Assembly: GCA_002772705.1 (NCBI GenBank) | Contig: PFDH01000011.1 | Location: forward strand, 2,832 to 34,542 | DNA from: Candidatus Pacebacteria bacterium CG10_big_fil_rev_8_21_14_0_10_44_11 | GTDB lineage: Bacteria; Patescibacteriota; Microgenomatia; UBA1400; PJMF01 | Length of the DNA stretch: 31,711 nt | Reading direction: 5' to 3' | In this document: positions 8,737 to 18,045 of the stretch, in pieces | Layout: each line of letters begins with the position of its first letter | How positions within the stretch are numbered: the stretch's first letter is position 1 | Notes under the pieces: model-generated | The model's input: the letters and a program-made list of their open reading frames with translations, nothing else | Told to the model about the DNA's origin: nothing | Database searches by the model: none | Made by a program: the position numbers and the translations under genes

Positions 8737-10650
8737 ATGTCTGACCTGCTCTCCAGCTTAAACCCCGATCAACAAAAAGCCGTCCTCCACGCTGAGGGAC
8801 CGGCGCTGGTCTTGGCCGGTGCCGGCTCTGGCAAAACCACGGTTTTAACTCACCGCGCTGCTTGGCTGATTAACGAAAAAAATATACTGGCAGACCAAGT
8901 ATTACTGGTGACCTTTACCAATAAGGCCGCCGGCGAAATGAAAGAGCGAATCCAAAAACTGACCGGCTCTAGCATTCCCTACGCCGGCACTTTTCACAGC
9001 CTATGTGCCAGAATTCTACGCCACGACGGCTATAACCTAGGGCTAGACGCCAACTACGTCATTTATGATTCTGATGACCAAACCCAGTTAATCAAAAACA
9101 TCTATAAAGAGCATGGCTTTGATCCACAGCAATTCAAGCCAAACGCGGTTAAATCAGAAATTGCCAAAGCCAAAAACGAGTTAACGACGGCTGCTGATTA
9201 TGAACAGTACGCGGTGGGAGAGTTTCAGGTTTTCACCGCCAAAATCTATAAGCTTTATCAGCGGGCACTAAAAGAAGCTAACGCGGTTGACTTTGATGAC
9301 TTGCTGCTTAAGGCGCTACAGTTGCTGCAAGAGCAGCAGCGGATTCGCGAGCGTTATCAAGAACAGTTCCAGTATGTCTTAGTCGACGAGTATCAGGATA
9401 CCAACAAAGCCCAATACCTATTAACCCAACTGCTGACTCAACCCCAAAATAATTTATATGTGGTGGGTGATTTTAGTCAGAGTATTTATGCCTGGCGCGG
9501 CGCCGATTATCGCAACATGCTACAACTCAAGCAAGACTTCAAAAATGTGGCGGAATATCGGTTAGAGCAAAACTATCGTTCCACCCAAACCATTCTGGAC
9601 GCGGCCACCGAAGTTATTTCGCACAACAAATCTCACCCAGTGCTCAAGCTCTGGACCGCCAACACTACCATCCAACCCATTATCTGTTTAGAATGCAACA
9701 CTGGTGAGTTAGAAGCGGTAAAAGTGGTCAATGAAATTCTGCAACATCGACGGGAGACGCCGTTAGAAGAAATGGCCATTTTATACCGGACAAACGCTCA
9801 ATCTAGATTATTCGAAGAAGCGCTGATCAGAGCTGGCATACCCTACAAACTGGTTGGCGGCACCAAATTTTATGAGCGCCAAGAAGTCAAAGACGTGCTG
9901 GCCTATACCCGCTACTTGGTCAATCCGCTGGACAGCGTCAGTCTGGGGCGGATCACCAAGCTGGGTAAACGCCGATTGGAAAAATTTGAGGCTTGGCGGG
10001 CTACCATGAAAAAAGATGAGATTTTGACTGGTCAGCCACATAAGTTATTGGAACAAATTTTAGAGAAAACTGAGTACCTGAGTAAATTTTCTGCTGAAAT
10101 CGAAGAAGAGCGGCAGCGAACCGAAAACGTTCAGGAGTTGGTGAACATGGCCAGTCAGTTTGCCAATTTGACTCAATTTTTGGAGAACGTCGCCCTGATC
10201 CAGGACAACTATTTTTCTGACGTGGAGCAACGGGTTGGGGGAGACACCACTGGGTTTGTGCAACTAATGAGTTTGCACTCAGCCAAAGGCTTGGAGTTTG
10301 AAGTGGTATTTATGGTTGGCATGGAAGACGGTTTGTTGCCTCACAGTCATTCTTTGTTTGACTCAGAGGGAATTGAGGAGGAACGCCGGCTCTGTTACGT
10401 TGGCATTACCCGTGCCAAAGAGCATTTATATTTTTCCTATACTCATTCGCGTTTCCAGTATGGCTCCAGAACCAGCAGCATTGTTAGTCGATTTTTGCTG
10501 GATGTTCCGGAAAAATTGATGAAGTTTGAGGCGTCCTTTCAGCAGCAGACAATCTCAGGCGACCGTGCCCGCCGGATTGTCGTTGACGAAGACATGGCAG
10601 AAAGTTTGTTGCGGGGTGAGTTGGACATTGATGTGTTTTTGGAAAGTTAA
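8737..10650 (+). CDS. uvrD: UvrD/PcrA SF1A DNA helicase
   Basis: AGAGSGKT, VDEYQDTN, VGDFSQSIYAWRGA, LEQNYRS, HSAKGLEF, EERRLCYVGITRAK. ATG 8737 preferred over GTG 8719 because TGtTACCAT lies between them. Confidence 0.93.
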   Translation: MSDLLSSLNPDQQKAVLHAEGPALVLAGAGSGKTTVLTHRAAWLINEKNILADQVLLVTFTNKAAGEMKERIQKLTGSSIPYAGTFHSLCARILRHDGYNLGLDANYVIYDSDDQTQLIKNIYKEHGFDPQQFKPNAVKSEIAKAKNELTTAADYEQYAVGEFQVFTAKIYKLYQRALKEANAVDFDDLLLKALQLLQEQQRIRERYQEQFQYVLVDEYQDTNKAQYLLTQLLTQPQNNLYVVGDFSQSIYAWRGADYRNMLQLKQDFKNVAEYRLEQNYRSTQTILDAATEVISHNKSHPVLKLWTANTTIQPIICLECNTGELEAVKVVNEILQHRRETPLEEMAILYRTNAQSRLFEEALIRAGIPYKLVGGTKFYERQEVKDVLAYTRYLVNPLDSVSLGRITKLGKRRLEKFEAWRATMKKDEILTGQPHKLLEQILEKTEYLSKFSAEIEEERQRTENVQELVNMASQFANLTQFLENVALIQDNYFSDVEQRVGGDTTGFVQLMSLHSAKGLEFEVVFMVGMEDGLLPHSHSLFDSEGIEEERRLCYVGITRAKEHLYFSYTHSRFQYGSRTSSIVSRFLLDVPEKLMKFEASFQQQTISGDRARRIVVDEDMAESLLRGELDIDVFLES

Positions 10651-10695
10651 CCAGCCCCTACTGCAGATTATTCGTATATCTGTATAATAGATCCC

Positions 10696-11727
10696 ATGAT
10701 TGTTCGCGCCCTCAGAGATGAAGAACGTCCTTTTTATAACAAAGTGGTTCAACACCCGATGCAAGCTTGGGAGTGGGGCGAGTTTCGGCGTAAAAATGGT
10801 CAAGAGATTGAAAGAATTGGCGTTTTTGAAGGCAGTAAGTTGGTGCAAGCTTTTCAGCTCACTTTTCACAAAATCCCTCAATTCAACAAAACTATTGGTT
10901 ACTTTCCCAAAGGGCCAATGCCAGACGAAGAGCAGCTGGACGTTCTTCGTCAGCTGGGCAAAAAGCACAACGCCTTGTTCATTAAACTCGAACCAAACAT
11001 TGCCCAACCGGTCGGCACTCCCAGTGCCCACGATCGGATCACCAGGTTTTTGCTCAGTAACGGTTGTGTGCCCGGCAGGCCGCTGTTTACAAAATATACC
11101 TTTCAACTTGACCTGACCAAAAACACTGATACATTATTCGAAAATCTGAGAAGCAAAACCCGTTATAACATCAACTTGGCTGATAAAAAAGGGGTGGAGA
11201 TTTTTGAGAATACCACTCAAGACGGTATGGAACAGTACATCAAAATTTTGGAAGAAACTACCAAACGTCAGGGTTTTTATGCCCACAGTCCTGAGTATTT
11301 CAGACTGCTGTGGGGAACGTTGGGTGACACTGGGCTGCTCCGAATTTTTTCTGGTGTCTACAGTAACACGATTGTGGTCTCCTGGATTATGTTTGTTTTT
11401 AATGGCATCTTGTACTATCCGTACGGCGCTTCGCGGGCAGTTCACCGAGATGTCATGGCCAGCAATCTAATGATGTGGGAGATGATTCAGTTTGGCAAAA
11501 GTGAGGGTTGTACTAGTTTTGATATGTGGGGCTCGCTCGGGCCAGAGCCGGACAAAAAAGATCCTTGGTATGGCTTTCACCGCTTCAAAGAAGGTTATGG
11601 TGGTACGCTCATGGAATTTGTGGGCACCTATGATTTGGTGATCGAGCCTTTGCCGTACAAACTTTTTAGAATTGCCGAGGATTATCGTTGGAAGTGGTTG
11701 CGGTTGCGGGCACGAATTGGCTTTTAA
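10696..11727 (+). CDS. FemAB/MurM-family lipid II:amino acid ligase (peptidoglycan bridge formation)
   Basis: HPMQAWEWGEFR, FIKLEP, TRYNINLADKKGV, YYPYGAS, NLMMWEMI, FDMWG, GFHRFKEGYGG. Confidence 0.88.
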   Translation: MIVRALRDEERPFYNKVVQHPMQAWEWGEFRRKNGQEIERIGVFEGSKLVQAFQLTFHKIPQFNKTIGYFPKGPMPDEEQLDVLRQLGKKHNALFIKLEPNIAQPVGTPSAHDRITRFLLSNGCVPGRPLFTKYTFQLDLTKNTDTLFENLRSKTRYNINLADKKGVEIFENTTQDGMEQYIKILEETTKRQGFYAHSPEYFRLLWGTLGDTGLLRIFSGVYSNTIVVSWIMFVFNGILYYPYGASRAVHRDVMASNLMMWEMIQFGKSEGCTSFDMWGSLGPEPDKKDPWYGFHRFKEGYGGTLMEFVGTYDLVIEPLPYKLFRIAEDYRWKWLRLRARIGF

Positions 11728-11774
11728 CTGGGCGCCAACCGCATGCCGACATACGTCACAAATATATTAGCCAC

Positions 11775-11803
11775 TTGAAGATGCTACTGGGAATGGGTAC
11801 ACT
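11775..11803 (+). promoter_or_regulatory. Promoter of pyrH-gap
   Basis: TTGAAG-17 nt-TACACT; SD GAAAGG at 11838-11843. Confidence 0.65.
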
Positions 11804-11847
11804 CTGAGCAAGCGCTGCCCAAGCTTACATAACTGAAGAAAGGTCTG

Positions 11848-12588
11848 ATGCAAACTAGATTTAAACGCGTCCTACTTAAAGTTGGCGGGGAATCATTATT
11901 AGGTGAACGGCCATATGGTATTGACCCTCAAGCTGCCCTGCGGGTAGCCGAGCAAATCAAAAAAATTTACGTTGAAAATGTGGAAATTGCCTTAGTGATG
12001 GGCGGCGGCAATATCTTTCGAGGCGTTGCTGGTGAGAAAAATGGCATTGACCGAGCGACCGCCGACTACATGGGCATGTTAGCCACCGTGATGAATGGCT
12101 TGGCTTTGCAGGACGCCCTAGAAAAAATTGGCGTGCCCACTAGAGTTCAGTCTGCCCTACAGATGCCGGCCGTCGCCGAAAGTTTTATTCGCCGTCGAGC
12201 CATCCGCCACATGCAAAAAGGTCGGGTGGTCATTTTAGTTGCTGGTACTGGCGTACCCTACGTCACCACCGACACCGGAGCGTCGTTGCACGGACTGGAG
12301 TTGCGTTGTAATGTTTTAATGAAAGCGACCAAAGTTGATGGGATTTATGACAAGGATCCCCAAAAATTTCCTGACGCCAAGCGATTCAAAATGCTGACCT
12401 TTGAAGATGCCATTAAAATGGATGGGATTGAAGTGATGGACACCGCGGCTTTGGCTATGTGCAAAGAAAATAACATGCCAGTGATGGTGTTTGAGTTGTT
12501 TAAAGGTGAAAATTTAGTGCGAGCCATCCGGGGTGAAGACGTGGGCACCTACGTCAGTAATGAAGTAAAAACTGAGTTTACAGAATAG
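11848..12588 (+). CDS. pyrH: Uridylate kinase
   Basis: LLKVGGES, GGGNIFRG, ADYMGMLATVMN, PYVTTDTGA, KVDGIYDKDP. Confidence 0.96.
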   Translation: MQTRFKRVLLKVGGESLLGERPYGIDPQAALRVAEQIKKIYVENVEIALVMGGGNIFRGVAGEKNGIDRATADYMGMLATVMNGLALQDALEKIGVPTRVQSALQMPAVAESFIRRRAIRHMQKGRVVILVAGTGVPYVTTDTGASLHGLELRCNVLMKATKVDGIYDKDPQKFPDAKRFKMLTFEDAIKMDGIEVMDTAALAMCKENNMPVMVFELFKGENLVRAIRGEDVGTYVSNEVKTEFTE

Positions 12589-12606
12589 CTAACAGGAGAG
12601 ATTAGA

Positions 12607-13647
12607 ATGAAAAACTTTGGTATTAATGGATTTGGCCGTATCGGTCGAACAGCCTTTAAAGTTTGGTGGAACTTTCACCGCGATGAACTGAACTTGCGGG
12701 TCATCAACACCTCTGGTTCGATGGAGATCGAAGACTGGGCTCATCTGATTAAGTACGATAGCAATTATGGGGTTTTTGCCGAACCAATCACCGTCACTAG
12801 AACCCAGTCCAGAAAAGATGTCACTGATCAGAGTCCGATTTTGGGTACTTTGGCGATTGGTGATCGCTCTGTTACCATCACGGCTCAGCGCGACCCGGCC
12901 AAAATTCCCTGGGGTCAAAATGAGGTTGAGGTAGTCATTGAATCAACCGGCATCTTTACCTCAGAAGAAAAAGCCGCCGCCCACTTTCTAGCTGGCGCCA
13001 AAAAAGTAATTATTTCTGCCCCCGCCAAAGGTGGCAACATCAGTACCAGCGTGATTGGAGTTAACAATTTTAATCCCGAAAATGGCGTCTTGTCTAACGC
13101 TTCATGCACCACCAACTGCGTGGCACCAATTGTGCAGATCATTCACGAAAAATTGGGGGTCGAAAAAGCGATGATGACCACCATCCACTCATACACTGAT
13201 GACCAAAATTTGCACGATAATTCGCACAAAGATATGAGACGTGCCCGTGCCGCTGCCATGAACATTGTGCCAACCAGTACTGGCGCCGCCATTACGGTAA
13301 CCGAGATCATCACCGAGTTAAAAGGTTTGTTTGATGGTTTGGCAATCCGGGTACCAACCCCCGTCGGTTCAATTTCTGACATGGTCTTTGTGACCAAAAA
13401 CCAAACCAGCATTGATGAAGTCAATGAAATTTTGCGCCAGGCTACTACAGAAGAACGCTGGAAAGGCATTGTGGCTGTAACTGATGAGGCGATTGTGTCG
13501 TCAGACATTATTGGCCGATCCGAGTCTTCAATCGTTGATTTAGCCTTGACTAACGTCATTGGCGGCAACCTAGTCAAAGTGGTCAGTTGGTACGATAATG
13601 AATTTGGCTACTGCAACCGGTTGGTTGAACAAGTGATGCGGGTCTGA
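12607..13647 (+). CDS. gap: Glyceraldehyde-3-phosphate dehydrogenase, type I
   Basis: GINGFGRIGR, NASCTTNC, RVPT, WYDNEFGY; SD AGGAG at 12594-12598. Confidence 0.96.
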   Translation: MKNFGINGFGRIGRTAFKVWWNFHRDELNLRVINTSGSMEIEDWAHLIKYDSNYGVFAEPITVTRTQSRKDVTDQSPILGTLAIGDRSVTITAQRDPAKIPWGQNEVEVVIESTGIFTSEEKAAAHFLAGAKKVIISAPAKGGNISTSVIGVNNFNPENGVLSNASCTTNCVAPIVQIIHEKLGVEKAMMTTIHSYTDDQNLHDNSHKDMRRARAAAMNIVPTSTGAAITVTEIITELKGLFDGLAIRVPTPVGSISDMVFVTKNQTSIDEVNEILRQATTEERWKGIVAVTDEAIVSSDIIGRSESSIVDLALTNVIGGNLVKVVSWYDNEFGYCNRLVEQVMRV

Positions 13648-13703
13648 TTTTTGCTCCCCAGCTTCCTACACTTCTTGCAAGGTTGTGAGTGTACTCTTCG
13701 TCA

Positions 13704-15164
13704 ATGAGTATCAAGGTTCATGCGGTAACTACTTTTGGTCTAGCACCGATTCCGGTTGAGGTTGAGGTGTTGGCCACCTCCGGTTTGCCTCAAATCAAGA
13801 TTATTGGCGCTGTTTCGGCTTCAACCAGAGAGGCTAAAGATCGGGTTGTTTCGGCCTTAAAAAATTTAAAAGTTCGGCTCAAAGCCCGTAAAACGATGAT
13901 TAGTCTCAGAGCAACTGAGCTTTCCAAACACGATACTGGTTTTGATCTGGCAATCGCCGTTGGTTTACTGGCACTCCATCAGCAGCTTGCTTTTCCTTTG
14001 GCTTCAATCGTCTTTATTGGCGAAGTTTCACTTGAAGGAGAGATTTTGCCTGTGCCCGGATGTTTGGCCAAAGTTTTGGCCGCCAAACAGCTTGGGTTTA
14101 CCAAAGTGGTTATTCCGTTTAAAAGTTTAGAGCAAGTTAATTTGGTGGATAACGTTACCATTTACGCGCTGAAAAGTTTATCAGAGTTACTGACTGGGCA
14201 ATTGGGGAGTGTCATTAAACCAACCCAGGGTCTACCAAAATTATATTACCAGGCAATTGATCTTCACTTGCAACTGCTGGTCAATCAACAAGAAGCGCTG
14301 CGGGCATTGACCATTGCCATTGCTGGCAATCACCACCTACGGTTGGTCGGACCACCAGGAATAGGTAAGACTGTCCTCCCACAACTGGCCAAAATTTTGA
14401 TGCCGCCTCTTTCAAAAAAAAGTTTAGTCAAAGTTTTGGCCATTCACAGCCTCTACCACATTGACTTGCCGGTTGAACAGCTTACTCATCCACCATTTCA
14501 GATGCCTGCTCATTCAGTCACACCCAACCAATTGCTTGGTAACTTTAACAGACAACAGCTGGGCGAATTGTCTTTAGCCAAACACGGTATATTATTTTTT
14601 GACGAGCTCTCTGAACTAAGTAAACCAAGCTTACAAATTATTAAAGATGTCTTGGAGCGCAGCACCGATCATTGTTTAGTCATTGCCGCTTCTAATCCCT
14701 GCTTATGTGGCTACTGGAAAACTGGTGTCAGAGCTTGCCGCTGTTCAGCTGCCAGCAGAGCTCAATTTGACGCCAAACTTTCTGGTTCCTTTCTCGATCG
14801 GTTCGACCTACACGCTTCAATTGTTCCCACTGATATCGCACCTTCACAACCTACAATTAATCTTTCACAGCTCCAAATTCAGGTCCAAACTGCTCGTCAG
14901 AATCAGGAACTGCGCTATACAACTGATACTCTCTTTAATGGCCAGCTGGATCTCAACCAAATTGCTCAACACTGTCGGCTACCAAAAAATACTCAACAGC
15001 TACTGCGCCAAGCAATGACCAGTTTGAAACTATCTCTTCGGGCTTATCAAAAAACCATTACCGTGGCTCAAACCATTGCTGATCTAGAATCAAGTCAAGA
15101 CATTACTGAGGCTCATTTAGCAGAGGCACTCAACTATCGCTTTGAACAAAGCTGGGATCCATAA
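13704..15164 (+). CDS. comM: ComM/YifB (Mg-chelatase-related) AAA+ ATPase, divergent
   Basis: Lon-like N domain (EVEV...GLPQIKIIG, FDLAIA, GEVSLEG), GPPGIGKT, FFDE, NPCLCG, LDRFD, SLRAY. ATG 13704 preferred to GTG 13689. Confidence 0.8.
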   Translation: MSIKVHAVTTFGLAPIPVEVEVLATSGLPQIKIIGAVSASTREAKDRVVSALKNLKVRLKARKTMISLRATELSKHDTGFDLAIAVGLLALHQQLAFPLASIVFIGEVSLEGEILPVPGCLAKVLAAKQLGFTKVVIPFKSLEQVNLVDNVTIYALKSLSELLTGQLGSVIKPTQGLPKLYYQAIDLHLQLLVNQQEALRALTIAIAGNHHLRLVGPPGIGKTVLPQLAKILMPPLSKKSLVKVLAIHSLYHIDLPVEQLTHPPFQMPAHSVTPNQLLGNFNRQQLGELSLAKHGILFFDELSELSKPSLQIIKDVLERSTDHCLVIAASNPCLCGYWKTGVRACRCSAASRAQFDAKLSGSFLDRFDLHASIVPTDIAPSQPTINLSQLQIQVQTARQNQELRYTTDTLFNGQLDLNQIAQHCRLPKNTQQLLRQAMTSLKLSLRAYQKTITVAQTIADLESSQDITEAHLAEALNYRFEQSWDP

Positions 15165-15193
15165 CTCATCAGATCTGGTGGTAAACTATAGCT

Positions 15194-15859
15194 GTGGAAC
15201 AAAAAATGATCTGGGTAGTTTTTTCTAGCATCGTTGCCGTCACCGGCATCGCTGTACTTGGTTTGTATCTGCTGACTTTTGATTTTCAAAGTTTGTTGCC
15301 TTCTTTTTCATCACCAAAAACAGAATCTGTCATTATCACACCTTTGGCAACGCCAACCAATTCTCCAATTCCTGAACCAGCGCCTGAACCGGAAAAAGTC
15401 TTAGGTGAATCAACTGAGGAATCAGAACCAACCCCAACTCCCAGTCCAGCTATTCAAATTGACCACGCAAAAATTTATTCACTAATCAATGCTTACCGAA
15501 TTGAGCAGAGCCTATCACCGCTGCAAGTCCACAGTTCGCTGGAGCAGAGCGCCGCCAGAAAACTCCAAGACATGATTAAATCAAAATACTGGCAACATCA
15601 AGATCAAGATGGTGATAATAATTGGAGCTTTTTTGAGCAGTCCGGCTATCATTATCAGTACGCCGGAGAAAATCTTTCATTTGGTAATAACTCAGCTTGG
15701 GATATTTTTGACGCTTGGGTTAAAAGTCCCAAACACAACGCTCAACTACTCAGCAAAGAATATGAAGACATGGGCTTGGTCATTGATTGCCAAACCTATC
15801 AAGAGGCCGGCACACCAGATTGTATTGCCGTGTTACATTTAGGAAAAGAGTTAATTTAA
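15194..15859 (+). CDS. Membrane-anchored CAP (SCP-like) domain protein
   Basis: N-terminal TM, Pro/Glu/Thr linker, INAYR...L.PL, YAGENL, WVKSPKHNAQLL. Confidence 0.85.
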   Translation: MEQKMIWVVFSSIVAVTGIAVLGLYLLTFDFQSLLPSFSSPKTESVIITPLATPTNSPIPEPAPEPEKVLGESTEESEPTPTPSPAIQIDHAKIYSLINAYRIEQSLSPLQVHSSLEQSAARKLQDMIKSKYWQHQDQDGDNNWSFFEQSGYHYQYAGENLSFGNNSAWDIFDAWVKSPKHNAQLLSKEYEDMGLVIDCQTYQEAGTPDCIAVLHLGKELI

Positions 15860-15860
15860 A

Positions 15861-16541
15861 CTATTCTGCTGTCTCTTTTTTAAACTTGCCATACCAGTCG
15901 TCTAACATTTTCTTAACCATATGTTGGCCACCCAACCCAAGCGCCAAACCCATGCCTAGTGCCAAAAACGAGACAAAACCAACAAACAACACTAAAATGA
16001 ATTCTTTGGCAATGCCTAGCTCAGAAATAGCAATCATACTGGAGAGCACCACCACTAAGTAGCTGGCAAACTTGCCTAACAAGCGGCCGCTTTTGCCGTC
16101 AATGGTTCTGATCGAGCCTTTGACTAAACTCTCAACTAAACCGGCCAGCAGCAAACCAATGAACAAAATGATTACCGCCGAGATAACTTTGGGCAGATAT
16201 GACAGCAATCGCGCCAACAGTACCGACAACGAAACCAAACCCAAAACGCTGACAGTGGTATAGATCACGACCAGCATCAATAGCCAGTAGGCAATTGAGC
16301 CAATCACTTCTTCTATCTTGGTCGTTAGCTCCGCATTCTTCAAAAATAAATCAACTGGTGTGTCCTTGAGGGCAGAGGAAAGACGAACTGATTCAAAAAT
16401 TTTGATCAAAATCTTCTTTAGCACTCTGGCCAGCGCGGCTCCAATAATTAAAATCAAGAGGGCAGCAAAAATCCTGGGCAAGTAAACGCCAAAACTGGAG
16501 AATGATTGATTAACGATATATAGGAAAGAATCGTACCACAT
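15861..16541 (-). CDS. CmpX-like / MscS-family N-terminal 'conserved TM helix' membrane protein
   Basis: Duplicated YLP.I.AA.LIL.IG motif, C-terminal ALGMGLALGLGG; no MscS beta domain; SD GAGAGGA and TATACT (16574-16579) upstream. Confidence 0.7.
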   Translation of the reverse strand: MWYDSFLYIVNQSFSSFGVYLPRIFAALLILIIGAALARVLKKILIKIFESVRLSSALKDTPVDLFLKNAELTTKIEEVIGSIAYWLLMLVVIYTTVSVLGLVSLSVLLARLLSYLPKVISAVIILFIGLLLAGLVESLVKGSIRTIDGKSGRLLGKFASYLVVVLSSMIAISELGIAKEFILVLFVGFVSFLALGMGLALGLGGQHMVKKMLDDWYGKFKKETAE

Positions 16542-16638
16542 AGTCTTGTCCTCTCTGAACGAATGCTACCCAAAGTATACAGTATTGAAAGAAATTGCGC
16601 AGGGATGGATTCCATGCAAGGACGGAGCGAAATTTTTT

Positions 16639-16991
16639 GCAGTCTGACTCATAAGCCGGATTCTGTTTGAGTCACGATGATCTATCTAGTGCCCACGTCA
16701 TTATCACCGTTAGCGAGTGTGTGCAATATGGTGAAGTTCGTTGGTTGCAGCGAGGAGGATTGCCCTCTGAGCGTTTGACGGCTCAGAGCCTCGGCATCAT
16801 TTCTGGTGCGTCATCGGCGTTTCACCCCTGTCTGGAGATCTCCTTCAGACAAGATTCGTCTCTGTTGCTCTAACTGTCCCTGTTCCTTGCGGTTCAGGTC
16901 TCCTGCTTTCACAGGATCCTCTACACTTCTGCTGTCCGGACTTTCCTCCCCTCAACCTTGAGGTCAAGAGGCCATCGTTCGGTCAGACTGC
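16639..16991 (-). ncRNA. rnpB: RNase P RNA, type A-like
   Basis: P1 GCAGUCUGAC/GUCAGACUGC, P2 ACGAUG/CAUCGU, GAGGAAAGUCCGGA and ACAGAAUCCGGCUUAU forming P4, AGCAACAGA and GGUGAAAC conserved regions; TATAAT at 16999-17004, 7 nt upstream. Confidence 0.96.
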
Positions 16992-17055
16992 AAGTTATAT
17001 TATACAGGATGAGTCGAATTTCCAGCGAAGCTCTGGCTTTTGGTACAATACCACC

Positions 17056-17358
17056 ATGACTGACCAACAGAGAATGATTACTTTCAAAGAATCCATTCAA
17101 CTGGGCAAATACGAACCTGAATACTTAAATCAATACAAAGAATGGCAAGAATTAGATCGCCATCTTCAGTTTCAATACATTTCTCAAGCTATTATCAACA
17201 AGCGGCAACAGTTGCGGCTCCAGTGGGCAAGATTAGCTAATCAGCCCAACTTTAGTAAGAAACCACATTTAGCGGAGGCGCAGAAAAAGGTTGAGCAAGC
17301 TCTCAGAGATTTAGATGAAAACGAAGAAAAATTGATGGTAGAGTATGCGGGGAGCTAG
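17056..17358 (+). CDS. Hypothetical helical protein (100 aa), divergent from rnpB
   Basis: Clean ORF with TGgTACAAT 6 nt before ATG; no family recognised. Confidence 0.75.
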   Translation: MTDQQRMITFKESIQLGKYEPEYLNQYKEWQELDRHLQFQYISQAIINKRQQLRLQWARLANQPNFSKKPHLAEAQKKVEQALRDLDENEEKLMVEYAGS

Positions 17359-17385
17359 AGTACCGCACTTGTATCACAAAAAGAT

Positions 17386-18045
17386 ATGCAGCTCATTATT
17401 GCTCATAGAGGCGATACACAATCTTTCCAGGAAAATACTTTAAATGCTTTCATCTCCGCATTTGATAAAGGTGCGAATGGAGTTGAGATGGATATTCAAC
17501 TCTGGAAAAATGAAATTATTTTGGTTCACGACTATTTGTTCGATCACTCAGCAACGTATCCAACATTACTTGAAATTCTTAGTGCTATCCACAATAGAGG
17601 ACGATTGGAAATTGAGATTAAAGAAATGGAACCCACAATTCTAAAGCCGTTAGAAGAGATATTGCTTTTATATCCAAAGTCGGACATTGAATTAACAACC
17701 AGCGAAATACCATTATTACCATTCATTAAAAAAAATATCTCTGATAGACCAGCAGGAATGAATATTTCCACCAATTTCTTCGAAGACTGGATGACAAACG
17801 ATTTAGTCACCAAAAAAATTCTGGGGTGGGCCAGCATGTTACAAGTTGATGTAATCCATCTACCATTCCTAAACGCACAAAGATGTGGAAGTGAGAATCT
17901 GGTGCAGCTATTACATACGGCTGGATTTAGAGTTCATATACATATTCCTACGGATGGAAATCAAAAGAACAATTTTTTAGAAATCAGCACATGGAATATT
18001 GATCAATGTTCTATCGATGATTTATCGCTTATCAAAGCTATCTAG
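17386..18045 (+). CDS. Glycerophosphodiester phosphodiesterase family protein
   Basis: IIAHRG...ENTLNAF...GVEMDIQL...ILVHD, LEIEIK. Confidence 0.88.
   Translation: MQLIIAHRGDTQSFQENTLNAFISAFDKGANGVEMDIQLWKNEIILVHDYLFDHSATYPTLLEILSAIHNRGRLEIEIKEMEPTILKPLEEILLLYPKSDIELTTSEIPLLPFIKKNISDRPAGMNISTNFFEDWMTNDLVTKKILGWASMLQVDVIHLPFLNAQRCGSENLVQLLHTAGFRVHIHIPTDGNQKNNFLEISTWNIDQCSIDDLSLIKAI

Noticed and set aside
8525-8761. 78-aa + strand ORF upstream of uvrD
   Set aside because: Antisense to the better-supported 8397-8642 gene, crosses two promoters, no start signals
16667-16873. 68-aa ORF on the + strand
   Set aside because: Antisense to RNase P RNA
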